Below are positions 29,322 through 40,296 of a DNA stretch of 64,000 bases, in pieces (position 1 is the stretch's first letter; every line of letters starts with the position of its first letter). The stretch lies in the NCBI GenBank assembly GCA_034530615.2, contig JAVRCV020000030.1:8858-72857 (forward strand), in the 5' to 3' direction. The stretch comes from Aulosira sp. ZfuVER01. Lineage in GTDB: Bacteria > Cyanobacteriota > Cyanobacteriia > Cyanobacteriales > Nostocaceae. The position numbers and the translations under genes are program-made. Under the pieces are notes generated by a model. It made no database searches. It worked only from the letters and a program-made list of their open reading frames with translations, and was not told the DNA's origin.

Positions 29322-30572
29322 TTAATGAAGTACTTTCGGTTTTTGAAAAGATATAGCTTCCTCATAGACTTGAGCAAGGCGTTTACCCATAACCTGCCAA
29401 CTATAGGTATCTCTGACTAATTTCTGCCCTGCTTGCCCCATGCGGATGCGGAGTTCTGGATCTTTCGCTAAAGTAATCAATGCTTTTGACAAATCCTCAA
29501 CTGCTTGCTCTGGATTAATTGCAGAAATTTTGAAGCCAGTATCTGCTGTTACCTGCTGTGCTGGTCCTCCTAAATCTAAACAGATGACTGGACGGCCTGT
29601 TGCCATTGCTTCAATACATACCCATCCACCTGAGTCATGTAAACTAGGGTGAACTAATACATGACAATTTCCTAAATTTTCTAGGGTCTTTTCGCGAGGT
29701 AATCTACCCCAGAATTTCACTTTTTGTGCAATGCCTAAGTTTTGTGCCATGTTTTGCAGTCGCTCCCATTCTGGCCCATCCCCGACAATCCAATATTCTG
29801 CTTCAGCTAAGTTTGCTTTTGCAAAAGCTCGTAAACCTAAGTGAAAGCCTTTCCAATGCAAAAGTCTGCCCATACTAATAAACCTAACAGGTTGTTGAGC
29901 AGGAATTGGATATTGGTTAAGTACAGCAATTTCTTCTGGGAGTAAACCTGATTCTGAAAGAATATCCACATATTTCACACCCATTTTATACAGTCTTTTA
30001 GCTGTATCTTCAGTTGTGGCTCTGACTATAGCGCTCTTTCTTGCAGTCAGATGCACAAACGGATCGAGTTCCCCTAAAGAGCGAGTGAAAATCCGTGCCG
30101 TTTCGTAAGCTTTAGCACGGAAGTTGAAGTCCTGCCAAAATTGTTTTGGAGCCGTTTCGCCACCACCAACAGGTCCCCAGATAAAGGGAACGGGCAATAA
30201 TGACAGAAAGCTGGGATTAGAATACTTAACAAATGTAACATGATGTACTACATTAAAGCCAATTTCACGATGCAAACTACGGGCTACAAAGTATGCTTGT
30301 ATCTGCCATAAATAGTAGTGGATTTGCATTGCGCCATTCGACCCTAAGCGCCAGAGTCCACCCAAAAGGGGTAATGTAAAATACACAAAGTGCAAGTTAG
30401 GAATTGGATTAGAGGCTAGCTCTGCTTCAATAGCTTCTTTACTTTCATCAGGTCGAGTTAAAACCCAAACTTCATGGTATTTGGCAGCTTCTCGAACCAC
30501 ATTCCACCCGACACCACGCTCAGATCCTTTTCCCGGTTCACACGAATAAGCAGAAATTAAGACTTTCATCAT
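29322..30572 (-). CDS. Glycosyltransferase family 4
   Basis: SAYSCEPGKGSE, GRLLHWKG and PSLHDSGGWVCIEAM motifs. Confidence 0.9.
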   Translation of the reverse strand: MMKVLISAYSCEPGKGSERGVGWNVVREAAKYHEVWVLTRPDESKEAIEAELASNPIPNLHFVYFTLPLLGGLWRLGSNGAMQIHYYLWQIQAYFVARSLHREIGFNVVHHVTFVKYSNPSFLSLLPVPFIWGPVGGGETAPKQFWQDFNFRAKAYETARIFTRSLGELDPFVHLTARKSAIVRATTEDTAKRLYKMGVKYVDILSESGLLPEEIAVLNQYPIPAQQPVRFISMGRLLHWKGFHLGLRAFAKANLAEAEYWIVGDGPEWERLQNMAQNLGIAQKVKFWGRLPREKTLENLGNCHVLVHPSLHDSGGWVCIEAMATGRPVICLDLGGPAQQVTADTGFKISAINPEQAVEDLSKALITLAKDPELRIRMGQAGQKLVRDTYSWQVMGKRLAQVYEEAISFQKPKVLH

Positions 30573-30666
30573 TAATGAATATATAGTTTAATAAACAATG
30601 TCAGTTACATAGAATACATCAAGAATATCCACCAATTAGCATATTTTTTCCTCTCTCAAAAAACAA

Positions 30667-31773
30667 CTAATAGCCCAACAGTTTTTCATAAATTTCAGCA
30701 AGTTTCTCTGCTGTTTTTTCCCAAGTAAATAACTTAGCTCTTGACAATCCTTTATCGACTAATTCTTGATAATATATTGGGTCATTATGCAATCGCAGCA
30801 CTGCTGCTGATATCGCTTGAGGATCTTTTGGATTAACTAGAATTGCAGCATCTCCAGCTACTTCAGGCATAGCTGAGGTGTTTGAAGTAATAACTGGAGT
30901 CCCACAAGCCATTGCTTCTAAAATTGTGATGCCGAATCCTTCATGCAGTGAAGGGGCTATCAGAATATCAGCAGCATTATATATTTGAACTAACGTATTT
31001 TTATCTGGCTTACCAAAGTAAGTTATATAGTTTTCTAACTGGTGATTTTGGATGTATTGTTGTTGCTCATCTGTGAAATCAGCCCCAACTTTCCAAAACT
31101 TGAAAGGTATTTCTTTTTGTTTGAGGATATTTAAGGCTTCAAGTATAGTAAAAATATTTTTACGAGGATGATTAGCCCCTACATTAAGTAGGTGAGTTGT
31201 TTTAGAAGCAAATCCCTGTTTTTGCCAAAAAGAGTCAATCTCAGATTGAGGCAATGGACGAAATATCGGCTCAACAGCATTAGGAGTTACAGATATTTTG
31301 GCTGGTTCTATATTTAATAATTGAGTGGTATCCTTAGCTGTGATATGAGAGACAGCAAAGATGTGGTTAGCATACTTCATACCTTTTACAGCCAGTAGCC
31401 ATACAGTCTTACTAACAAACGGTAATTGCACCGAACCTTGAAGATTTCCAGAATAATAAAAATTTATTAAATCATGGCAGGTGACAACAGTTTTAGCAGC
31501 TTTATGTAACCAGTAAACAATATGAGCTTCAGCAGGTTCGATAATATGAAAAATATCAGCTGATTGCTGTTTTACAAATCGCGGAAAACGCCAGAAACGC
31601 TCATAATATTTGTTAATTCTCAGAAGCAAAGAGGAACTCGATCTATCAAAATTACGCGGTGCTAAATCCACAATTTCCCAATCAGGTCGGATAGCTTTTA
31701 GACCTGAAATAATGCCATCTGCATAGACATCCATGCTGAATTCTTGCATGGTACGGACAATAACTACGCGCAT
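30667..31773 (-). CDS. Glycosyltransferase family 4
   Basis: TCHDL, PRKN and [18 protein letters not shown] motifs. Confidence 0.92.
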   Translation of the reverse strand: MRVVIVRTMQEFSMDVYADGIISGLKAIRPDWEIVDLAPRNFDRSSSSLLLRINKYYERFWRFPRFVKQQSADIFHIIEPAEAHIVYWLHKAAKTVVTCHDLINFYYSGNLQGSVQLPFVSKTVWLLAVKGMKYANHIFAVSHITAKDTTQLLNIEPAKISVTPNAVEPIFRPLPQSEIDSFWQKQGFASKTTHLLNVGANHPRKNIFTILEALNILKQKEIPFKFWKVGADFTDEQQQYIQNHQLENYITYFGKPDKNTLVQIYNAADILIAPSLHEGFGITILEAMACGTPVITSNTSAMPEVAGDAAILVNPKDPQAISAAVLRLHNDPIYYQELVDKGLSRAKLFTWEKTAEKLAEIYEKLLGY

Positions 31774-31805
31774 AATTAGTTTTCCTTTGCATCACACTCC
31801 AAATT

Positions 31806-32981
31806 TCAATTAAAGCCAACTTTGTTCATAGCATACCTATTACTGCTTGGCTGGATTAGGTTGTGCCAAAGGTTTATTAAACGTTCAGCAATCTTTTCAT
31901 GTGTATAATGCTGATCGACTCTTGTTATACCATGTTGTTTTAACTCTTGCTGCCAATTTGGATTGCGAATCATTCGTTCCAGAATTGCTGCTAATCCTTC
32001 TGATTCTCCTTCTGGAAATACCAAGTCAGAACGCCCAATGACGTTGGCAATTTCACCACTACTAGAACCTACTACAGGAACACCCATTGCCATCGCTTCA
32101 ATCAGGACGTGACCAAATTGTTCCTTCCATCTGGCAGTAGTTAGGGAAGGCAGAACTAAAACATCAAATTTACTGATTTCCTCAGGTGCTTGCTCATGGC
32201 GTACTGATCCACGCCAAACAACTAAATCTGCTATTTGCTGCTTCTGGGCTTCTTGTTTGAGAACTTCTTCATCGGAACCGGAACCACAGATAATAATCCG
32301 GGGGTTGAGTCCTTGTTCTTTAAGTAAACGTGCAGCAGTAAATATGGTGTTGACACCCTTTTCAGGCACTAATCTACCAAGAAATCCAATGTGAAATTCT
32401 CCATTTTTATTTTCAGGCGATCGCGGACTAAATAATTGAGTATCCACTCCCATCTGAGGCATAATTTCCATTAATCCGGTATAACCCCATTGCCGTAGTA
32501 AATTAGCTCCGTCCTGATTGCCTGGAAGCATGAGTTTAGTTGTATTCATCACAAATTGACGTACCCAGCGACGCACAATAGGCAGGTTACGATCCATATT
32601 TTCCCAGCCAAATACGACCATTGGCTTGTTTGTGATTCTGCTCCAAATTGCTAACTCAAAAGTACAAAGAGAAAATACTTCTTCTTCTACCTGCACGATA
32701 TCAGGTTGAAAATCTTTCAGAACTTGCCACAGGTGCCAAGGTGTATACATATGAGCACCGCCGCGGCCGGAAAAAATTACAGGTGCTGTATAGATTTTAA
32801 TTTTGGGGTAAGGTGTTTCTACTTCAAATTGGCGATTCCACTCCAGTGCTTTCCAGTTGCTAGGAGTTAGTAGGCCGACTTCAACTTTACCAGTTTCTGC
32901 GATCGCATTCAGCTTTCCTTGGTTCACACCAACTACATAAGCGTGGCTGACAAAAAGTACACGTAGGGATGAATTGGTCAT
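31806..32981 (-). CDS. Glycosyltransferase family 4 (HpsO-like)
   Basis: VSHAYVV, WEN, PQMGVD, GRLVPEKG and WKEQFGHVLIEAMA motifs. Start placed at ATG 32981. Confidence 0.9.
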   Translation of the reverse strand: MTNSSLRVLFVSHAYVVGVNQGKLNAIAETGKVEVGLLTPSNWKALEWNRQFEVETPYPKIKIYTAPVIFSGRGGAHMYTPWHLWQVLKDFQPDIVQVEEEVFSLCTFELAIWSRITNKPMVVFGWENMDRNLPIVRRWVRQFVMNTTKLMLPGNQDGANLLRQWGYTGLMEIMPQMGVDTQLFSPRSPENKNGEFHIGFLGRLVPEKGVNTIFTAARLLKEQGLNPRIIICGSGSDEEVLKQEAQKQQIADLVVWRGSVRHEQAPEEISKFDVLVLPSLTTARWKEQFGHVLIEAMAMGVPVVGSSSGEIANVIGRSDLVFPEGESEGLAAILERMIRNPNWQQELKQHGITRVDQHYTHEKIAERLINLWHNLIQPSSNRYAMNKVGFN

Positions 32982-33116
32982 TACACCTTTTCTCCTCAAT
33001 GACACAAGTAGATTACTAGCTGAAGAAATTGGGAAAGACGCGAAGATAAATGGTTCATAATCTATTAGCTATGACTGAAGTAGGCAGAACTTAGTCTAGA
33101 AAACCGATTTAGTAGC

Positions 33117-33779
33117 CTATTTCACCAACATCGATTCTACTGGTTTGTAGGTGTGGGCAAGAGTTTTTTTGCCTTCTACAATCACAGATTGGATAGTTCG
33201 GCTGGAGTCTTCTATCTCCGACAAATCGTTAATCTCACTTTCAAAAGCTTGCTTGCTAGCTACTTCAAAACCAATCTCGGACATGACTCTCAGTAAGGTA
33301 GGAGTGTCATACATACACTTATGAGGAAATCGAATAAATGGCGCTAATTTACTCTTCAGCACCCCATCTTCAGGAGAATCATAGCCGACATACAGTTCAT
33401 CCAGCAGTTTGTCAGCAGTGATTTCACCTTGCACGTATTTATTGATGATTACCCTCAAATCTGGCACGATGATGCGAATAATGCCATTAGGTTTTAAAAC
33501 CCGATGGCACTCTCTTAAAAAATGTTGCCCTTCGGTTTTGGATAGATGCTCTAGAGTATGGGAACTATAAACTACATCTACAGAATTATCTTTCCACGGA
33601 AATTTCTTTCGTAAATCATAGAGAAAAATGTTCTCTGGCCAATCAAGATTAAGGATTTTAAAGCGTTTATTAATCTGGGAGATAACTGGTAGTTTTGCTA
33701 TCCAAGCACCCATTGCATAGTCTACATTGACCCAGCCACTCGGAGTATGAGAACCGCAACCAAGATTTAGCTTTAACAT
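33117..33779 (-). CDS. Class I SAM-dependent methyltransferase
   Basis: LNLGCG, YSSHTLEHL and RVLKPNGIIRIIVPD motifs. Confidence 0.9.
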   Translation of the reverse strand: MLKLNLGCGSHTPSGWVNVDYAMGAWIAKLPVISQINKRFKILNLDWPENIFLYDLRKKFPWKDNSVDVVYSSHTLEHLSKTEGQHFLRECHRVLKPNGIIRIIVPDLRVIINKYVQGEITADKLLDELYVGYDSPEDGVLKSKLAPFIRFPHKCMYDTPTLLRVMSEIGFEVASKQAFESEINDLSEIEDSSRTIQSVIVEGKKTLAHTYKPVESMLVK

Positions 33780-33839
33780 ATGATATCTCCTGTTTACTGC
33801 TAGATTATTAGAGGGGTGAAATCTAAAACTTAAAAAACT

Positions 33840-34946
33840 TTAATTTGCTACGATTTGATTAACAGTAAATTGATTTCTTATTAGCCTTACTGTACTCTTC
33901 AGCCAACCTGAACCATATACTTGGTTAAACAACATTATAAAAACAGAATCCGGCAAATATTCGCCCCATTTCAGCAACCATCCCTCAAGCCCTGTCCAAC
34001 TAAACTGTGGATGGTTAATCAGTTGTTGATGTGCTTCTCGTCTTTCGGATTTGGAGGACTTCTTTAGCCGAGCCACTATATAACGATTATGACAATAAAT
34101 CTGTCTTGATTGAATACTAGTTAGCCTTACAGCTATATCTACCCCATAAAAATTATTTAAAAAGCGTTTTATTTCTAGATTGATTTGTTCCGCAACTTTC
34201 ATTTCTCTTTCTATATAATCTGCTGATAAAGACTGAACAAATGTCAGGTTTGAGCCATGCAGACGATACTTGCTTAGTACATCTTGTACAGGCACTATGG
34301 TAGATAAGAACAATGCAAAATTACGAACAAGAGCATCTGCATTCCGTACAAATGCTTCATTTAAAGGAAAAATACAATCAGTTACTTCACGACGAAAGCA
34401 GAGTGCAGAAGCTGGCGGTAAGTCATCAATAAAACCGCCATTTTCTAGTGCGGAGGGGGCCACCCAACCTGAAGGCATACTACTTACCAAAGGTTTTCTT
34501 TCAATGACATTTCCATTAGCATCTACGGGAATTACATTGTGAATTACAAATCCACTGCTTGGTTCTGCCTTAAATGCTTCAACAATTTTAGATAGCTTGT
34601 TATCCATCCACACATCATCTGCATCCAAAATACAAATGATTTGCCCTTTGCTTTCTTTATATGCTTTGTTTAATGCCGAGCCAACGCCTCCATTTGGTTT
34701 GCGGATCAGTTTAATTCTGGAGTCTTTTTGCAAGTATGTTTCGATTACTTCACAGGAGTTATCGGTTGAGCCATCATCACAAACTATGACTTCATAATGA
34801 GGATATGTTTGGTGAATAGCACTGTCTAAAGTTTCTCCAATATATTTAGCGTAGTTATAATTGGGGACTAATACTGATACCAATGGACTTTCAGGTAGTT
34901 GCGAAAGTTTAATAGGTTGCAAATTTTGAGCTTGTATTTCTTGCAT
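33840..34946 (-). CDS. Glycosyltransferase family 2
   Basis: VSVLVPNYN, DDGSTD and LDADD motifs. Confidence 0.92.
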   Translation of the reverse strand: MQEIQAQNLQPIKLSQLPESPLVSVLVPNYNYAKYIGETLDSAIHQTYPHYEVIVCDDGSTDNSCEVIETYLQKDSRIKLIRKPNGGVGSALNKAYKESKGQIICILDADDVWMDNKLSKIVEAFKAEPSSGFVIHNVIPVDANGNVIERKPLVSSMPSGWVAPSALENGGFIDDLPPASALCFRREVTDCIFPLNEAFVRNADALVRNFALFLSTIVPVQDVLSKYRLHGSNLTFVQSLSADYIEREMKVAEQINLEIKRFLNNFYGVDIAVRLTSIQSRQIYCHNRYIVARLKKSSKSERREAHQQLINHPQFSWTGLEGWLLKWGEYLPDSVFIMLFNQVYGSGWLKSTVRLIRNQFTVNQIVAN

Positions 34947-34980
34947 TTGTTAATCCTTAATATCTGGATATCACTATTTC

Positions 34981-36834
34981 TTAAGCTTTTAAATGCTCAT
35001 TTAGCTTTAGATAATTTTGCCAAAATTCAGAAGATGTTAAATACTTGAAAGCATTTCTCCACTCAGAACTGACAGATGACCATCTAGATGCATTTTTCAT
35101 AATAATTTGTACCCATCTAATTAATAGGTTAATACAAATTTTTCTATTCATCTCATGCACATAAACGTTGCTATTTCCTTCTCTCGCAATAACAAACCGC
35201 CTTTTTGCGAATTCTTTATCCCAATAGTCAGTATATTCAGAAGAAATCCGATAATATCCTTCCTCATTACTTATCAAAAAATCAGGAAGTAAATGTCCAT
35301 TGATAGTAACTAAAGCGATTATCTTTTTGATGAGTGGGGAAATAATATTTTTATTACTTGAATTACAGCGTTCTAGACTCTCGTCTGTGGAAGTTGCTCG
35401 TACACTTTGGGTATTATAGCTTTTACTAAGTCCTAGAACTCTAGTGTGGAGTTTCTCCGGATCGTTGTTGATGAGGAATTGCGGCCCTTTGAAATAATCC
35501 TCAAAACCCGTTATCAGCATTTCTGCTGAATTATAGTCATACGCCAACAGGTTGTAGATTAGCTGTTGTGTTAAAAACTTAACTGTCTTGATATATCCTG
35601 AAAATCTATAAATAGAATTGGTTATGAGATGATTGCGAAATTTATAATAGTTATCCCAAATAGGATTCTTTGCATAAAATGGTTCGTGCCAAACGGCTAC
35701 TCCTGGAAAAGCAACTATTGAATTACCTAGACATTCTTTAATCCTTAAACCAAACTCCATATCATCTATCTTTATAAAGAAAGGCATTGGTAAGCCTGTT
35801 TTTTGAATAGTTTCCTTGGAAAAAGAGAAAAACCAAAAACCACCGTAGTCTGGGCTATCTTCTGATAGCAAAAGATTAAGAACACTAATATTTTCGAGAT
35901 TGAGTCCAGGCTTGAGACTGAGAGAGCCGAATGGATTATATACACTATTACCTTGATTATTAATAGCTTTACCATATACTGCGCCGGCCTCAAATAATCT
36001 ATGCTTGTTATACAAATCCAACATACTACCAGATACGGCAAGGTCCTGATTCGCATATTCGTATAATGGAAAAAGCTTGTATATGGATTCACTCTCTAAC
36101 TCAATGTCATCATCCATAAACAGGAAGTGTGTATAGATGCCCTCTTGCACAGCTTGAATTAAGCCTCTAGTAAAACCTCCACTGCCGCCTACATTTCTGT
36201 TAGAAATTAATTGAACTTTAGGATTACCAAAGTCATTTTCTGTTAGAGTTCTACCATTATCAACAATAAAGACCTTAAACTGCTTATCTTGGAGTAATCT
36301 ATCTTTTAAAATAGTATTAACTGTATTTTTTAAGTATGCTTCTTTTTTAAAAGTACAAGTAATAATACCCAACTTTACTTCTCTAATCTTGGGTTGGTCA
36401 GTTATAATTAGTCCCTCTGAGAATAAGCCCTGCTCACTTAAGCAAGTAATTTCAAGATAAGCTCTACCACTATGTTCACTCCGCCAGGAATCGGGTAGGG
36501 AGAGTTTCACTGGGTTGCATAGTTGACATTTCTCAAAGCTCTCTGTATAGATAAGTTCTCTATTGTCTTGCTCGTGATGCTCTCTGTAAAGAGAAATTTG
36601 AAAGTCACCTTCAAGTTTTAATAAATAATATAGAGAAGATATTTCAGTATATTTTGCGTAAAATTTCTCGAAAAACGAATTAAAATAGGTGTTAAAAGAT
36701 AACAGACTATCTCTAATAAAAACAACCTCTGGGTGTTGTGCAGAAAAATTTAAAAATGTACCCTCGTGACATTTCATGTACAAGCTAGATGTTTCCAATG
36801 TACACGGAAATTGAATTCTATTTATTACGTTCAT
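34981..36834 (-). CDS. Galactofuranosyltransferase (GlfT2-like GT2)
   Basis: N-terminal beta domain with FNTYFNSF; NVGGSGGF, FMDDDI, PFFIKIDDMEFG and VWHEPF motifs; directly downstream of glf. Confidence 0.85.
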   Translation of the reverse strand: MNVINRIQFPCTLETSSLYMKCHEGTFLNFSAQHPEVVFIRDSLLSFNTYFNSFFEKFYAKYTEISSLYYLLKLEGDFQISLYREHHEQDNRELIYTESFEKCQLCNPVKLSLPDSWRSEHSGRAYLEITCLSEQGLFSEGLIITDQPKIREVKLGIITCTFKKEAYLKNTVNTILKDRLLQDKQFKVFIVDNGRTLTENDFGNPKVQLISNRNVGGSGGFTRGLIQAVQEGIYTHFLFMDDDIELESESIYKLFPLYEYANQDLAVSGSMLDLYNKHRLFEAGAVYGKAINNQGNSVYNPFGSLSLKPGLNLENISVLNLLLSEDSPDYGGFWFFSFSKETIQKTGLPMPFFIKIDDMEFGLRIKECLGNSIVAFPGVAVWHEPFYAKNPIWDNYYKFRNHLITNSIYRFSGYIKTVKFLTQQLIYNLLAYDYNSAEMLITGFEDYFKGPQFLINNDPEKLHTRVLGLSKSYNTQSVRATSTDESLERCNSSNKNIISPLIKKIIALVTINGHLLPDFLISNEEGYYRISSEYTDYWDKEFAKRRFVIAREGNSNVYVHEMNRKICINLLIRWVQIIMKNASRWSSVSSEWRNAFKYLTSSEFWQNYLKLNEHLKA

Positions 36835-36962
36835 CTTGCTCCTATTCAGTTTTGACAGATTTAATGAGTTTCTGGTAGATACAGAATCTTGTCCTAATAA
36901 AGTGATAATTTGCCGACAACTGAATGCTAATACCTTTATTTCTCAGAGTTTATCTATCGTCA

Positions 36963-38093
36963 CTACATTGTTGAAGTTGCTATCTCTTTTTCAAACAGAC
37001 CAAGTGCACGAACTACTGCTTGATCCATGTCGTAGTATTTGTAATCTGCAAGCCGCCCTGCAAAAATTACTGTACCGTTGAGTTTTTCTACTTCTTTTAG
37101 GTATAGGTCTAGGCGATCGCGATTATCTTCATTGAGAATCGGATAATAAGGATCATTTTTACCTGGGACATAAGCTTGGGGATATTCCATCACTAAGGTA
37201 GTTTTGGGAGAAGTTTGTCCTGACAAATACTTCTGCTCAGTTATACGGGTGATGTCATAGTCATTGGGGTAGTTAACTGTACCAACTTCTTGATACAACT
37301 CTTGATCTAAAGTTTCAAATTGAAAGCGCAGGCTCCGGTAGGGCAATTCGCCATACATATAATCGAAAAAGGTATCAATTGGCCCTGTGCAAAGTATACG
37401 GTTAAACTTTACATCATTGATAATCTCGCGGTAATCGGTATTTAGGAGTACTTTAATGTTAGGGTGAGCCAGCATTTTGCGAAACATCTCGGTGTAACCA
37501 AGCTTAGGCATAGCTTGATAAGGATCTTGAAAGTAACGATTATCTCGACTGATATAAACTGGAACACGTCCCGTTACACCTCTATCTAGTTCTTCTGGTT
37601 TCACACCCCACTGCTTCATGGTGTAGCGGAGAAAGATATTTTCGTAAATGTAATCAGCTAAAAAGCTTAAATCTCCACTAGCACTTTCACGCAGTTTTAA
37701 AATAGGTACTTTGACTCCAAAACCAAAGCTTTCTAGAAGCAAATCCTCTAGCTTGGCTGCATATTTAGGAGGAAAAAGGGCATATAGAGAATTGAGATTA
37801 AAGGGAACAGGAACCTTTTTACCCTCTACTACTCCCAAAACATGGTGATAGTAATGTCTCCATTCGGTAAATTGAGAGAGGTAATCCCAGACTTTTTTGG
37901 ATTTGGTATGAAAAATATGTGGCCCATATTTGTGAACTAAAATGCCATGCTCATTATAGTAATCGTAGGCATTACCGCCGATATGGTCTCGTTGTTCTAC
38001 AATTAATACTCTCTGTCCAAGTTCATTAGCAATTCTTTCAGCTATGACGCAGGCTGAATACCCAGCGCCAATAATTAACCAGTCAAATTTCAT
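36963..38093 (-). CDS. glf: UDP-galactopyranose mutase
   Basis: IIGAG FAD motif, HIGGNAYD, HKYGPHIFHT, LPYRSL, PYYP and GRLADYKYYDMDQ. Confidence 0.97.
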   Translation of the reverse strand: MKFDWLIIGAGYSACVIAERIANELGQRVLIVEQRDHIGGNAYDYYNEHGILVHKYGPHIFHTKSKKVWDYLSQFTEWRHYYHHVLGVVEGKKVPVPFNLNSLYALFPPKYAAKLEDLLLESFGFGVKVPILKLRESASGDLSFLADYIYENIFLRYTMKQWGVKPEELDRGVTGRVPVYISRDNRYFQDPYQAMPKLGYTEMFRKMLAHPNIKVLLNTDYREIINDVKFNRILCTGPIDTFFDYMYGELPYRSLRFQFETLDQELYQEVGTVNYPNDYDITRITEQKYLSGQTSPKTTLVMEYPQAYVPGKNDPYYPILNEDNRDRLDLYLKEVEKLNGTVIFAGRLADYKYYDMDQAVVRALGLFEKEIATSTM

Positions 38094-38114
38094 TTGTTTT
38101 ACTCCTCAAAGGCA

Positions 38115-39242
38115 TCATTTAAGTAATAATTGAATTTCTTCGATAAATTTATCTATAGGGTCACGAGGAATTACTTTTCGCACATTAAAATATGCCTCTT
38201 TACCAATTTCGCGCCATGATTCTCTTCTTTGCCATGCTCTCTCCATCGCATCATCTAAACATTCAGTAATGGGCGCTCTTGCTACAAAACCATTGATGTT
38301 ATCTTGAACTAATTCTGTATTTCCCGCAACATCAGTAACAATGCATAACCTCCCACACAGCATTGCTTCTACCATTGCTAATGGTAAACCTTCGTATCTA
38401 GAAGGCAAAATTAGAGCGTGATGATCGGTCCATATAGCTTCAACATTATCTACAAAACCACCAAACTTGACTTTATCTAAGCTCCATCGCTCTTTTAAGA
38501 GCTTTAAGGTATTTCGTTGATAACCGTCTCCAAAGAGAGTAACTTCAATCTGTCTGGTTTTCCATTTTTCAGAACGAAGTACATCAAAGAGTATGTCTTG
38601 CCCTTTAGCATCTGGATCTAAACGCCCTACACATGCAAACTTCAATACACTTTCATCTTTAGGCCATGAGAATGCTACATCATAGGATACGTTGTATGGA
38701 TTTCTGACAATCTTGGCATTATGAAGTTCGACTGCTAACTGCCTGGCTGTAAGTTCTAAATTTCTCTGAGATACAAAAAAACATTTTTCAGCGCTCAAAT
38801 AACCTTTTGCTGCTGTTGCAACTAAAGCATCAGATGGCCATCTGAATTCACCAGCAGCATGGACAATAACAACATAGGGAATATTTCTTTTCAGGCAAGC
38901 CTGCATCCAACCTTGATCCTCATAATTAAACCCTTCAGAAATCACGACTAAATCAGGAGCAAATTTATCTAACCAGAGCGAGAATAATTCATATTTAAAT
39001 ATTTTTCTAAATCCTTTAGAAGTTAACTTACCTAATAGATTACTGTCATATCTTCTATAGCAAATATGGCACTTTAACTGCTCAAGCTCCCGAATTCTTT
39101 TTGGAGCTTGCTTATGACCTTTAACATTTACGCCAATTGTAAAACCCTGAGTAGCCATTCTGATAGCAGTTTGCGACCATAATTCCTCGCTACCAGCCCA
39201 AGGTGTTGTATCATTAGTAGAAACAAAAGCTATCTTTTTCAT
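38115..39242 (-). CDS. Glycosyltransferase family 4
   Basis: WAGSEELW, GRLDPDAKGQD and PSRYEGLPLAMVEAM motifs. Confidence 0.9.
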   Translation of the reverse strand: MKKIAFVSTNDTTPWAGSEELWSQTAIRMATQGFTIGVNVKGHKQAPKRIRELEQLKCHICYRRYDSNLLGKLTSKGFRKIFKYELFSLWLDKFAPDLVVISEGFNYEDQGWMQACLKRNIPYVVIVHAAGEFRWPSDALVATAAKGYLSAEKCFFVSQRNLELTARQLAVELHNAKIVRNPYNVSYDVAFSWPKDESVLKFACVGRLDPDAKGQDILFDVLRSEKWKTRQIEVTLFGDGYQRNTLKLLKERWSLDKVKFGGFVDNVEAIWTDHHALILPSRYEGLPLAMVEAMLCGRLCIVTDVAGNTELVQDNINGFVARAPITECLDDAMERAWQRRESWREIGKEAYFNVRKVIPRDPIDKFIEEIQLLLK

Positions 39243-39296
39243 AAAAAATTATCTCATCCATACTATTAAGCTAAATTCAATAAATTTTTATTTATA

Positions 39297-40169
39297 TTAC
39301 TTCTGTATTTTCTTAAACTTGTCTAACCAAAGTAATTCATTAAATTTTCTGGATAAAGACAAAGGTAATTCTTGTGGTTTCTTTGAGAAATACTTAACTC
39401 TATTTATAATTCCATACTGTACGTTATAGTACTTGCGTTTGATACCTATTTGCCATTGCTGAAGCATAGGAAGCTCCTTTCGATACTCTTCTAGGATAAC
39501 TTCTATGCGTTTCATGGTTTGACCACTGGCTAGACCATTAAATGTTTTTGTACCTTTTATCATCCGATAATTACCCCAAGTTTTGTTTACATATTTTACT
39601 GTTGCAGTTTGCACAGCCTTCAGTAAAAATCTCATATCCATTGTGTAATGAGCTTCTACATCGTAGAGACCAATTATTTTATGCAATGAAGTATGGTAAA
39701 AATAAGCAGAAGGATTAGCAGGGAAAGGGTTTATATGCCACCCTAGAAGTAAATCTGTTAACTTTAACTTTGCTGGCTTGTTAACTTCAAAAATAATGCA
39801 GTCATCATTCCATATGTTACAGTTACCGACTAACAAACTAGGATTTGGTAAGGTTTTGAATATTTCTTCTACTTGATTCAATACATTCGGTTCATAATAG
39901 TCGTCAACATTGAGAATACCTAAAATGTCACCTTTAGACATTGCAATCCCTTTATTCATTGCATCTGACTGCCCTTTATCTTTTTCAGACAACCATCGTA
40001 TATGTGGATATTTCTCAGCATACTGTTTAATGATTTCTACAGTTCGGTCTGTGGAACCTCCATCTAAAATGATGTGTTCAATATCGTGGCAGTTTTGGCC
40101 AATCACATTATTTATGCAGTCTTCAATAAATTTATCGCCGTTATAAACTGGGGTGATAATGCTAATCAT
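39297..40169 (-). CDS. Glycosyltransferase family 2 (WcaE-like)
   Basis: ISIITPVYN, DGGSTD, GQSDAMNKG and LNVDD motifs. Confidence 0.92.
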   Translation of the reverse strand: MISIITPVYNGDKFIEDCINNVIGQNCHDIEHIILDGGSTDRTVEIIKQYAEKYPHIRWLSEKDKGQSDAMNKGIAMSKGDILGILNVDDYYEPNVLNQVEEIFKTLPNPSLLVGNCNIWNDDCIIFEVNKPAKLKLTDLLLGWHINPFPANPSAYFYHTSLHKIIGLYDVEAHYTMDMRFLLKAVQTATVKYVNKTWGNYRMIKGTKTFNGLASGQTMKRIEVILEEYRKELPMLQQWQIGIKRKYYNVQYGIINRVKYFSKKPQELPLSLSRKFNELLWLDKFKKIQK

Positions 40170-40296
40170 GTTTCTATTACTTAATATTGTGGTCTTATTT
40201 GAATTTAGGAAAGCAATGTACTAACTTTTGTGTATTTACTATTGAGGTTTCCTATAACTTTTGGTAAACTCAAAATTAGCAATAATAAATTTCTCG

